Part shown: positions 22,766 through 33,668 of the stretch, one piece after another
How positions within the stretch are numbered: the first letter of the stretch is position 1
Layout of the letters: each line of letters opens with the position of its first letter
Assembly: GCA_047495785.1 (NCBI GenBank)
Contig: JBLDXI010000042.1
Coordinates: 1,736,001 to 1,800,000, forward strand
From: Lepidodermella squamata
Lineage: Eukaryota > Animalia > Gastrotricha
Length of the DNA: 64,000 nt
Reading direction: 5' to 3'
Made by a program: the position numbers and the translations under genes
The notes under the pieces: generated by a model
Database searches by the model: none
Told to the model about the DNA's origin: nothing
Seen by the model: only the letters and a program-made list of their open reading frames with translations

Positions 22766-24431
22766 ATGATATTGCTAATTTCAATAACGATCGTCTTTGT
22801 GGGTTTGTCTTATATCTAACATGATCTATCTAAAACTAACGGCTCCTTTTCCATTAGGCATCGCCTTCTCTGAAGCAGGGCTTGCTACTCCCAGGCGACA
22901 GCCCAAGCACAGAGCATGGCGACGTATCGCCCTCGGTGACGATGCTAACACTAACTCGAATGTGAATCGACTCGAGACTTCGCCGTTTATTTATTATGCG
23001 ATCGATGATGGCAGCGACGAGGCCACGCCGCTGCTGCCATGGTGGATCTACTACTATCACCCAGAACCTACGACGCCGACTACAACATCGACAACGACAA
23101 CAACAACAACTGCAACAACAACAACAACTACAACAACAACAACTGCTGCCCCGGTATAAGGCTTATTATCATTTTAATCCATCTTATCGGAATGATAATC
23201 ACGGGGTTAATTTTAAAATACCGCATTTTTTTAAAAACGATCATTCATTATTAAAATAATCTCTTATGACGCGATTGAACAACTGATGTCTCATGGTGAA
23301 AATTTTATATTATAATTAGTAATATAGGAACAAGTTGTTAACCTGAACCAAATATTAAAATTTGACTCTCAAAGAAAACTTTTAAAAATTGTCGTTTTCA
23401 AAAAATTATGTTGCATAAGGTCATGATGACCTCTAACTTCATTCTTCAAGCTTCACGAAATTGACGAAATCTGAGCGGTTACTGGGTTTTCCAAAATTCC
23501 AAAATTCCAAAATGTACAAAAATGTACGAATTTGCAAACATATGATAATTTATTTCTACCGATCTCAATCCTTGTCACTTTGAGGTTATTTATCTATCTT
23601 TCATAATGTAATTTTCATGAGGTAATTAGTAGTAGTTGTTGTCGTTGATGTCGAAGTTTTCGTTCGTGTTGTAGAACATTTTTTATGGCAGTAGAACCAA
23701 CAAAAAAGGACGACGGCGCTTCTTCATAGAAGTACAGCTTATATCGACTTTGTTCATATTCGAGTTGGCGTTTGAATTTGTCATCGAGCAAAATTTGGCG
23801 CCATTTTTTGTATTTGTGATTCCGCCTAGCAGCAAGAATTCTTGATTCAGCAAAAGCGATGGCTGTTAACAAAAAACCATAGAGCACAAAAAATAACATT
23901 ATTTTTCATTAAGCGTTGAGCAATTTTTTTAATTTCCGTGGACGAGCAATTTTGTGAATTCTGCTTCAGGCCGTCTTTCGGTGTATCGGACCAAACGGCG
24001 TTGTTACGTGCCGACCAACCGATTGCAATGGCGATGAGATGAAGTTCCCGTCGAAAGCCTTCACAAGCCAATCAGCTTGTGAAAACGCAGTCAAAACCGT
24101 GGAATATCTCCCTGGAGCCTTTTTTCGCCCTTCAGCCGACACAAGTTGCAAGCGGTCCGGTGGGCTATTGGCGACTATCCAAACGCAGGCGGAGCTTGAC
24201 AAAGCCTTGGCAGATCTTGGCTTCTCTGCTTTCGCCCACATTGGCTTGACAAATAAGTCTGGAAATTGGGCGTGGGACGACGGCACGCCTTATGCCAACT
24301 TTCCGCCCTGGGATTCTGGCGAGCCCAACTTCGGCACAAATGCTTGCGCCTATCTTTACCAAGGTGGGGTCCTTAAAGACTCGGACTGTAACGTTCGTGC
24401 GAGCGGTTCTTTTTGTGAAACCTACGCTTGA
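22766..24431 (+). CDS. Type B secreted C-type lectin, 3 exons (signal peptide; conserved W/Y-rich peptide + poly-Thr stalk; 4-Cys module + EPN CTLD)
   Basis: Exons 22766-22802, 22858-23153, 23970-24431 with phases 1 and 0; same structure at 56083 and 62956. Confidence 0.87.
23070..23144 (+). repeat. Coding (ACA/ACN)n microsatellite encoding a mucin-like poly-Thr stalk
   Basis: Encodes TTPTTTSTTTTTTTATTTTTTTTT in exon 2. Confidence 0.85.
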
Positions 24432-25544
24432 AGCTGAAGAAACTTATCGGACTATATTAAGAGTCGACATTTGACTTTAAACTCTCTTTGTGTTGAATAT
24501 TTAAATTCTGCTATGTAACATTCTATTTTAAGAATATCAATGCCTTCAACTAAAATACGATATTAATGGAGACAAAAATAATCAGTTACGATAATAAATG
24601 TTTTCGACCCCTTCTAGCTTGTCGAGCAATTATTGGGTACGGAGATGTTGAAACATGCGAACAGCGGCATTAAGGACCCTCCAAACTACTTTTGAGCCTC
24701 ATCAGAGTTGAATTTGATGCCTTAGTTGGGTTACCCTCGGCGCTACTGCGGATTGCCTTACAGGAGACCTGCTGCAGATGCCAACTACAGAAGAAAACTC
24801 TTTTTTGAGCGCACATGAACACCTTGTGTTGAAAGCAACCTGACATTGCATCCGAAATCCGAGATTTCAAGTTTTTCGATTGCATCCGTAACGGTTAAAA
24901 GTTGAAACAAATAACCCTGGTTACTTGAACTTTCCGCTTGAGTTGAGAACAGCTCTTTTAACGTCAACTCTGTAAATCTTCAGGGTTCAATCAAGAATAG
25001 CGAAGGGCAACTTAAGGACAGTCTTGTTCCGACAGATATCGATGGTTTTACGCTATAACAGACCGATCGCATACACGCTCAAAAAACTCTGCAGCTTACA
25101 TAAAAGTATGCAGGGCTACTAGCGCGTATTCGGAGTACTGCGCACTATAAAAAGTACTACGCGCGCGCATAATACTATGAAATATACTTGGCCCGCAATT
25201 TTGTGGTAAAAAATGAATGCACTGGACAATTGACCGACAAATATACTGAGCTTTTTGTGGATGTTTCCATGAAATTTTCGGATTACCCGGTGGAGAACAG
25301 TCGAACGTATCCAGAAATTGATAAAAATGCATGTGTAACCGTGGGTTTTCTGCCGTTAGGCGACCTGATAGCGATCCGAAAGCGCAAAAACCTTGGAAAA
25401 ATGCACCCACTGGCGTTTTTGGCGGCGCTTCTTCAAGAAGCAGGATGGGTTCAACCACAAGTTTGTCACATTCCCTAGTAGAGCACATAAAAGGCTTTGT
25501 GGGGAACCAAGAAATAGCTAGTTAATATGGTGGTTATCCACGGC

Positions 25545-28500
25545 TTTTCAGTCGCTTCCCTCCCGGCTTGCAAATCAGTGAGAAAATGAAAATTTGGTGT
25601 TTTCAGTCGCTCTTATCTCGAAAAAACCCATGGTTGCACCATAGCTTTTTGTTGTCAAATTGGAGACGGCGCTGGGAGGAAGGTTTTGACAGGAAAAGCA
25701 GCAAGGATCCCCACAGCCAATCCACGACTTTTTCGTCGTGATTAGCACTCACTACGTCAGACCCAACACCTCGAAAATGCATGACCTTGCGTCTTTTGGA
25801 GCACTGCTGCAGAAACGGAATGGGTTCAACCATAGTTTTGTCAAATTCCCTAGTAGAGCACAACAAGATCTAACTTGGGAAGAAAGAAGTCCCAGTAAAT
25901 GTAGTGTTTATCCACTGCTTTTCAGTCTTTTCCCTCCACTTCCGAATCAAGTCCGAATCGAAGGAAAAGTGAGCATTTAGGATCTTTCATCGCACTCATC
26001 TCGAAAAAAACCATGGCAGCACCGTAATTTTTCGTAGTCAAATGATGGAGGCAATTGAGAAGAAGGTTTTAAAAGGGAAAAAAGCAAAAACCACCACAAC
26101 TTATCCACGACTTTTTCGTAATGCTTAGCAATGACATTTCAAGCACAAAATCGAGATTCGAAACTGCATGACATGGCGTCTTTTGGGGCATTGCTGCAAG
26201 AAACAGATTGGTTTCAACCGCAGTTATTTCGCGTTCTCTAGTAGAGCACAACAAGATCTTACTAAGTAAGAAATTTCCAGTAAATGCGGTTTTTATTCAC
26301 AGTTTAAAAGCCTTTTCCCTCCATATCCGATTCAAGTTCGAATCGAAGAGAAAGTGAGCATTTTCATCTTTCATGGCACTTATCTTGAAAAAACCCATGG
26401 CTGCACCATAAGTTTTTGTATTAAAAAAGGAGAGGAGATTGAGAAGAAGGTTTTAAAAGAGAAAACAGCAAGAACCACGTCAACTTATCCACGACTTTTT
26501 CGCCCTGATGGGCAATCACATTTTAAGCTCAAAATCGAGTTTCAAAATTGTGCTGTTCCGAGACCTTATACAGCAGAGCCCTTTTTCACTTGTAACAAGT
26601 TGAAGGAAGCGCATACTTCTTATAAAATAGCAAATATGCGGGTGCTACCACGATTTGCTATCCATTCGGTCCCAGACTGCGGTAGCAAGATGGTTGAGGT
26701 AAGGAGTCATCCGATTTTAGTCCGATTTCAGTTGCTCGTTTCCGTTTAGCTGCTTGGTAAAGATGCGTTCCCCATCATAGTTATCCACACCCGTTTTAAC
26801 TTGCATCGTATCCAAGACATTTTGGTGGTAAAACCGTTAGTCGGAAAAGTATCACTGTAGTGGCCTACTATGGCCCCTTTTCAGTCGCTTCCCTCCCGGC
26901 TTGCAAATCAGTGAGAAAATGAAAATTTGGTGTTTTCAGTCGCTCTTATCTCGAAAAAACCCATGGTTGCACCATAGCTTTTTGTTGTCAAATTGGAGAC
27001 GGCGCTGGGAGGAAGGTTTTGACAGGAAAAGCAGCAAGGATCCCCACAGCCAATCCACGACTTTTTCGTCGTGATTAGCACTCACTACGTCAGACCCAAC
27101 ACCTCGAAAATGCATGACCTTGCGTCTTTTGGAGCACTGCTGCAGAAACGGAATGGGTTCAACCATAGTTTTGTCAAATTCCCTAGTAGAGCACAACAAG
27201 ATCTAACTTGGGAAGAAAGAAGTCCCAGTAAATGTAGTGTTTATCCACTGCTTTTCAGTCTTTTCCCTCCACTTCCGAATCAAGTCCGAATCGAAGGAAA
27301 AGTGAGCATTTAGGATCTTTCATCGCACTCATCTCGAAAAAAACCATGGCAGCACCGTAATTTTTCGTAGTCAAATGATGGAGGCAATTGAGAAGAAGGT
27401 TTTAAAAGGGAAAAAAGCAAAAACCACCACAACTTATCCACGACTTTTTCGTAATGCTTAGCAATGACATTTCAAGCACAAAATCGAGATTCGAAACTGC
27501 ATGACATGGCGTCTTTTGGGGCATTGCTGCAAGAAACAGATTGGTTTCAACCGCAGTTATTTCGCGTTCTCTAGTAGAGCACAACAAGATCTTACTAAGT
27601 AAGAAATTTCCAGTAAATGCGGTTTTTATTCACAGTTTAAAAGCCTTTTCCCTCCATATCCGATTCAAGTTCGAATCGAAGAGAAAGTGAGCATTTTCAT
27701 CTTTCATGGCACTTATCTTGAAAAAACCCATGGCTGCACCATAAGTTTTTGTATTAAAAAAGGAGAGGAGATTGAGAAGAAGGTTTTAAAAGAGAAAACA
27801 GCAAGAACCACGTCAACTTATCCACGACTTTTTCGCCCTGATGGGCAATCACATTTTAAGCTCAAAATCGAGTTTCAAAATTGTGCTGTTCCGAGACCTT
27901 ATACAGCAGAGCCCTTTTTCACTTGTAACAAGTTGAAGGAAGCGCATACTTCTTATAAAATAGCAAATATGCGGGTGCTACCACGATTTGCTATCCATTC
28001 GGTCCCAGACTGCGGTAGCAAGATGGTTGAGGTAAGGAGTCATCCGATTTTAGTCCGATTTCAGTTGCTCGTTTCCGTTTAGCTGCTTGGTAAAGATGCG
28101 TTCCCCATCATAGTTATCCACACCCGTTTTAACTTGCATCGTATCCAAGACATTTTGGTGGTAAAACCGTTAGTCGGAAAAGTATCACTGTAGTGGCCTA
28201 CTATGGCCCCTTTTCAGTCGCTTCCCTCCCGGCTTGCAAATCAGTGAGAAAATGAAAATTTGGTGTTTTCAGTCGCTCTTATCTCGAAAAAACCCATGGT
28301 TGCACCATAGCTTTTTGTTGTCAAATTGGAGACGGCGCTGGGAGGAAGGTTTTGACAGGAAAAGCAGCAAGGATCCCCACAGCCAATCCACGACTTTTTC
28401 GTCGTGATTAGCACTCACTACGTCAGACCCAACACCTCGAAAATGCATGACCTTGCGTCTTTTGGAGCACTGCTGCAGAAACGGAATGGGTTCAACCATA

Positions 28501-28826
28501 GTTTTGTCAAATTCCCTAGTAGAGCACAACAAGATCTAACTTGGGAAGAAAGAAGTCCCAGTAAATGTAGTGTTTATCCACTGCTTTTCAGTCTTTTCCC
28601 TCCACTTCCGAATCAAGTCCGAATCGAAGGAAAAGTGAGCATTTAGGATCTTTCATCGCACTCATCTCGAAAAAAACCATGGCAGCACCGTAATTTTTCG
28701 TAGTCAAATGAGGGAGGCAATTGAGAAGAAGGTTTTAAAAGGGAAAAAAGCAAAAACCACCACAACTTATCCACGACTTTTTCGTAATGCTTAGCAATGA
28801 CATTTCAAGCACAAAATCGAGATTCG
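25545..28826. repeat. 2.46 tandem copies of a 1333-bp unit (25545-26877, 26878-28210, 28211-28826)
   Basis: Identical ORFs at 1333-bp spacing; internal diverged subrepeats (CTAGTAGAGCACA, CCACGACTTTTTCG) about every 380 bp. Confidence 0.92.
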
Positions 28827-29291
28827 GAGCCGTTCTATTCTGAAACCGCACAACGCGGAGACTTTATTCCAAGTCTCACAAGTTGATAAAAGTGCCTTCT
28901 TCTATAAGGATAACTAATATGCCGGTGATACCATGAATTGGGGTATGCATTCCGGCCTGAACCGTTGCCCTGACCGCGGCAACAAGACGCTCGAGATGCG
29001 GACCCATACCATTTAAATCCCTGGTATCTGTGGACTGACGTAGTACACAGATAGGTTTCCGATTATCCTTCTTGACTCTCATGCTCGCTTGCATCAACTT
29101 AAAGAAAATACGGTGGTAAAACCAGTAGATTTTGCTAATTACTCCTGCGGAATGCTCTTTGTGAGATGTAAGTAAGTTGGTTTCCCTTTGATTTAGTAGG
29201 AGTGGTAAAGGTACCATTTTGGCACTATGGTAGTCTTCACTTCGTATCAAGAACGCGGACAAGATTTACTAAAATGCCCACAACGGCAGTT

Positions 29292-30247
29292 TGATTCATT
29301 GTTGCGGCCGCGGTTGGCCCTTGGTCTTGGCCTTGATCTTGCAACAGCATGCGCCTAGAGTGCCTACAACATGCGCCACCGCACCACCGACAACTGGCCT
29401 CTTTGTCGAGTTGCGCTGCTGGACTGCCTAGGGATCGGGATAACTTTTCCCGTTGGCGCTAAAACGTGATAGAGTGCCATCTAATATGGCTAAAATCCTT
29501 GCTTTTGAGTCATTTCACTCAACGGTGCACTTTCCAAACCGCGGAAAAACCTTGATCCGTCATTTTTCAACTGCGTCAATCGCGTTCTATTGTTGGCGCC
29601 GCCCACCGTCAAATGTTTAGCTTCATGTTCAAAGAGCAAAGTAGCTTGCGTGTGCCTTTAGAATGGGAAGCATAATCTGGGGGCAGCTGGTTGTATGTAA
29701 GTTGGGTAGGTTGCTTTTGGTTAGGACTTAGGACCAGAGGGGAGACTCCCGTACCTCCACATCCATCTCCTTGTAGTTCGATGTTGTGAACATGTAAAGC
29801 ACTGGGGCCCCGCCAAGGCAGGAGATGACGGTCACTCGTCACTTTTAAACCAAGACCAAGTCTCCCAATTTGCTGGTAGCTAGCTAGCTAACGCGTGGAG
29901 GCTTTCCTAGACGATCGTTTTTCACTCGCCGAGAGTCCACTTTCAACGACAGCAGGGCGTACGCGACCCGACCCAACATAAACATGAAGCCGTGAATTAC
30001 GTTGCCCGCTACCGCCACGGGGAGACTGCCGTTGTCGCTTGAACAGTAGTAAGGTCTACCATCAAAAGACTCATTTGGGTAATTTAGTTAAGCTCGGTGG
30101 ATGGAAGGTTTTAGAGAACTAAATCGTTCAGCCAAACCATGGCTGCAACTCGAAAGCGAGAAAAGTTGCCAGTGGTTATTAGTACGGCCGAGCATGCCCG
30201 CTGCAGGATCCAGCCCAAGGGCCAACCGAGGCCGCTACAATGAATCA
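29292..30247. mobile_element. 956-bp non-coding segment bounded by 33-bp imperfect inverted repeats, within the foldback spacer
   Basis: TGATTCATTGTTGCGGCCGCGGTTGGCCCTTGG versus CCAAGGGCCAACCGAGGCCGCTACAATGAATCA. Confidence 0.6.
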
Positions 30248-32009
30248 GAGGGCCATAGTAGGCCACTACAGTGATACTTTTCCGACTAACGGTTTTACCA
30301 CCAAAATGTCTTGGATACGATGCAAGTTAAAACGGGTGTGGATAACTATGATGGGGAACGCATCTTTACCAAGCAGCTAAACGGAAACGAGCAACTGAAA
30401 TCGGACTAAAATCGGATGACTCCTTACCTCAACCATCTTGCTACCGCAGTCTGGGACCGAATGGATAGCAAATCGTGGTAGCACCCGCATATTTGCTATT
30501 TTATAAGAAGTATGCGCTTCCTTCAACTTGTTACAAGTGAAAAAGGGCTCTGCTGTATAAGGTCTCGGAACAGCACAATTTTGAAACTCGATTTTGAGCT
30601 TAAAATGTGATTGCCCATCAGGGCGAAAAAGTCGTGGATAAGTTGACGTGGTTCTTGCTGTTTTCTCTTTTAAAACCTTCTTCTCAATCTCCTCTCCTTT
30701 TTTAATACAAAAACTTATGGTGCAGCCATGGGTTTTTTCAAGATAAGTGCCATGAAAGATGAAAATGCTCACTTTCTCTTCGATTCGAACTTGAATCGGA
30801 TATGGAGGGAAAAGGCTTTTAAACTGTGAATAAAAACCGCATTTACTGGAAATTTCTTACTTAGTAAGATCTTGTTGTGCTCTACTAGAGAACGCGAAAT
30901 AACTGCGGTTGAAACCAATCTGTTTCTTGCAGCAATGCCCCAAAAGACGCCATGTCATGCAGTTTCGAATCTCGATTTTGTGCTTGAAATGTCATTGCTA
31001 AGCATTACGAAAAAGTCGTGGATAAGTTGTGGTGGTTTTTGCTTTTTTCCCTTTTAAAACCTTCTTCTCAATTGCCTCCATCATTTGACTACGAAAAATT
31101 ACGGTGCTGCCATGGTTTTTTTCGAGATGAGTGCGATGAAAGATCCTAAATGCTCACTTTTCCTTCGATTCGGACTTGATTCGGAAGTGGAGGGAAAAGA
31201 CTGAAAAGCAGTGGATAAACACTACATTTACTGGGACTTCTTTCTTCCCAAGTTAGATCTTGTTGTGCTCTACTAGGGAATTTGACAAAACTATGGTTGA
31301 ACCCATTCCGTTTCTGCAGCAGTGCTCCAAAAGACGCAAGGTCATGCATTTTCGAGGTGTTGGGTCTGACGTAGTGAGTGCTAATCACGACGAAAAAGTC
31401 GTGGATTGGCTGTGGGGATCCTTGCTGCTTTTCCTGTCAAAACCTTCCTCCCAGCGCCGTCTCCAATTTGACAACAAAAAGCTATGGTGCAACCATGGGT
31501 TTTTTCGAGATAAGAGCGACTGAAAACACCAAATTTTCATTTTCTCACTGATTTGCAAGCCGGGAGGGAAGCGACTGAAAAGCCGTGGATAACCACCATA
31601 TTAACTAGCTATTTCTTGGTTCCCCACAAAGCCTTTTATGTGCTCTACTAGGGAATGGGACAAACTTGTGGTTGAACCCATTTTGTTCCTCGCAGAAACG
31701 CCGCTAAAGGCGCCAGTATTTGCATTTTTCCAAGGTTTTTGCGCTTTCGGATCGCTATCAGGTCGCCTAACGGCAGAAAACCCACGGTTACACATGCATT
31801 TTTATCAATTTCTGGATACGTTCGACTGTTCTCTACCAGGTAATCCGAAAATTGCATGGTAACATCCACAAAAGCGCATTATATTTGTTGGTCATTTGTC
31901 CAGTGCATTCATTATTTTTCACACAGAATGCGGGCTATAAGTATATCTTATAATATTATGCGCGCGTAGTACTGTTTATAGTGCGCAGTACTCTGTATAG
32001 AGGTTTTTT

Positions 32010-33380
32010 CTCGCTGGTCGCCTTTAGCGCAAAATCATCGATATTGGCCCATGACTTGAATAAACGGCAGACGTAGTAGCCGTGTTAATGTCCCTTCTCG
32101 TGATGTTGATCGGCAGGTCTTCTTTTCCTGGAAAGAGATAAGTTGTCCCAATCAATCTTGACATGGGCTCAGTCGCATCTTGCCCATTCTCAACGAAATT
32201 AGTCATCAGTGTGGATCCGTTTTTAGGTTGGGAAATACCTTTTCATGTCAACAGTTATGTTGTTTTTTTCAATTGAGTTGGAAATGATGAAACCAGAAGA
32301 TGCCGCGCCAATGAGTGTTTCATCCTTACCAGGCCAGTCAATCGTGGCGAACAAAATATCAGCATCCTCCCAGAATTCGGCAAATATTCATGACATTTTG
32401 GGGAATAGTGATTAGTATTAGCTCGAACTATCTCTCGAGTAGGGTTTGGCCAATTTATCGTTACATATTGCTCTAGGGGACAGCTCACATATTACAATTA
32501 TGTTACATAATTCCCCTAGGGGAAAACTTCACATATTGACAGTTTAAGGCGGATTTTTTAAAATGCGAGCGAAGCGAGCCATGATCCAAAATCCTTGCCC
32601 CGCCGTAAGAGCGAGCGGAGCGAGCATTACGGGGCAAGGATTTTGGGACGAGCGTAGCGAGGCACCGAGCGAGGCGAGACAGCAGCGATTAATTTTTGTC
32701 GCAGTCGAGCGAAGCGAGAAAAGTAACCAACAACTTGTTTCTTCCTTCCGCTAGATAAAGGCGACCAGCGACTGTCTTACGCTTCTCAACGACGATCTCA
32801 CTGGCGGGTATAACACTGGCAGGTAAAAAGAGCCGGAAACAAAACGAAATCGGTCACTTCCAAACTTGAAACGAGTCGAAGCAAGAGTGAAACGAGGCGC
32901 AGCCGAGTGTAACGAATGCGGAGACGAGTTTTAACATTTTCGAATTTTTTTGAAGGCCCACTTTTTCCAAGATAATACATGTACGAGATACACACACGTG
33001 AAAATACTGCAATTTGCACCTGACAGCAATTTGCGAACTCAAAAATTGGCGCGGCATTTTAATCGTCGAAATGCGTTGATAAGTGTTCGAGAGTTCAAAA
33101 ATAAGAATTTGTCTAGCTTTCATGATTAGGATGGATTTTTTATTGTTTGAGAATTCATGCCCTCGTTTTTTTTATATGCAGCGAACTATGTGAATTATGT
33201 GGATTTCGACACACTCAAACCCCTGTATCTCAATAACGGTGATAGCTGTCCCCTTCGAGCAATATGTAAAATAGTTCCCACGGTCCGGCCTGTTTCGAGA
33301 TGATAACATAACTGCGCCTCGGCTTCGCCTCGGCTTGTTATGTGATCATCTCGAAACAGGCCTCCCCTAGGGAACTTATA
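32010..33380. mobile_element. Non-autonomous hairpin-rich element(s) with GCGAGCG(A/G)AGCGAG motifs
   Basis: Inverted pairs TCGCTGGTCGCCTTTA (32010 / ~32756) and TTACATATTGCTC..GGGGACAGCT (~32461 / ~33244); long hairpins at 32586-32646 and 33287-33362. Confidence 0.55.
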
Positions 33381-33668
33381 AAACTTAGATGGGCTTCAAT
33401 TCAAATTCAAGAACAGTCTAGTTAAGTTTTATCTAGCCAAATATTGCTTTGTTCTTGTTTACTTCCTATTTTTGAATTTTCGGCACCTTTTCTGTGGGCC
33501 CGTGTTCATATTGTTTCTATAAATAGATCAAATACGTGATTCCTTTATTCTGTAAACAGCTGAACCTCATTGAATTCGGACAGTTATCGCGTGCCCTTGC
33601 GTGAGAAATTTTGGGTTCGTTATTTGAAAAAAACATTCATTTTAGTTATTTTCAACATCGTTTTAAAC

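Larger units (their letters stand above)
25133..31993. mobile_element. Foldback-like structure, 6.9 kb, with ~1.74-kb inverted arms built of ~380-bp subrepeats
   Basis: Ends GAGTACTGCGCACTATAAA / TTTATAGTGCGCAGTACTC; 30250-31993 is the reverse complement of ~25133-26877; no TSD found. Confidence 0.8.

Noticed and set aside
28876-29262. 128-aa ORF in the foldback spacer
   Set aside because: Non-ATG start and no recognisable motif.
25603-31523. Repeated 60-131 aa ORFs in the foldback arms
   Set aside because: They recur only because the DNA is repeated; they show no protein motifs, splice structure or transposase similarity.
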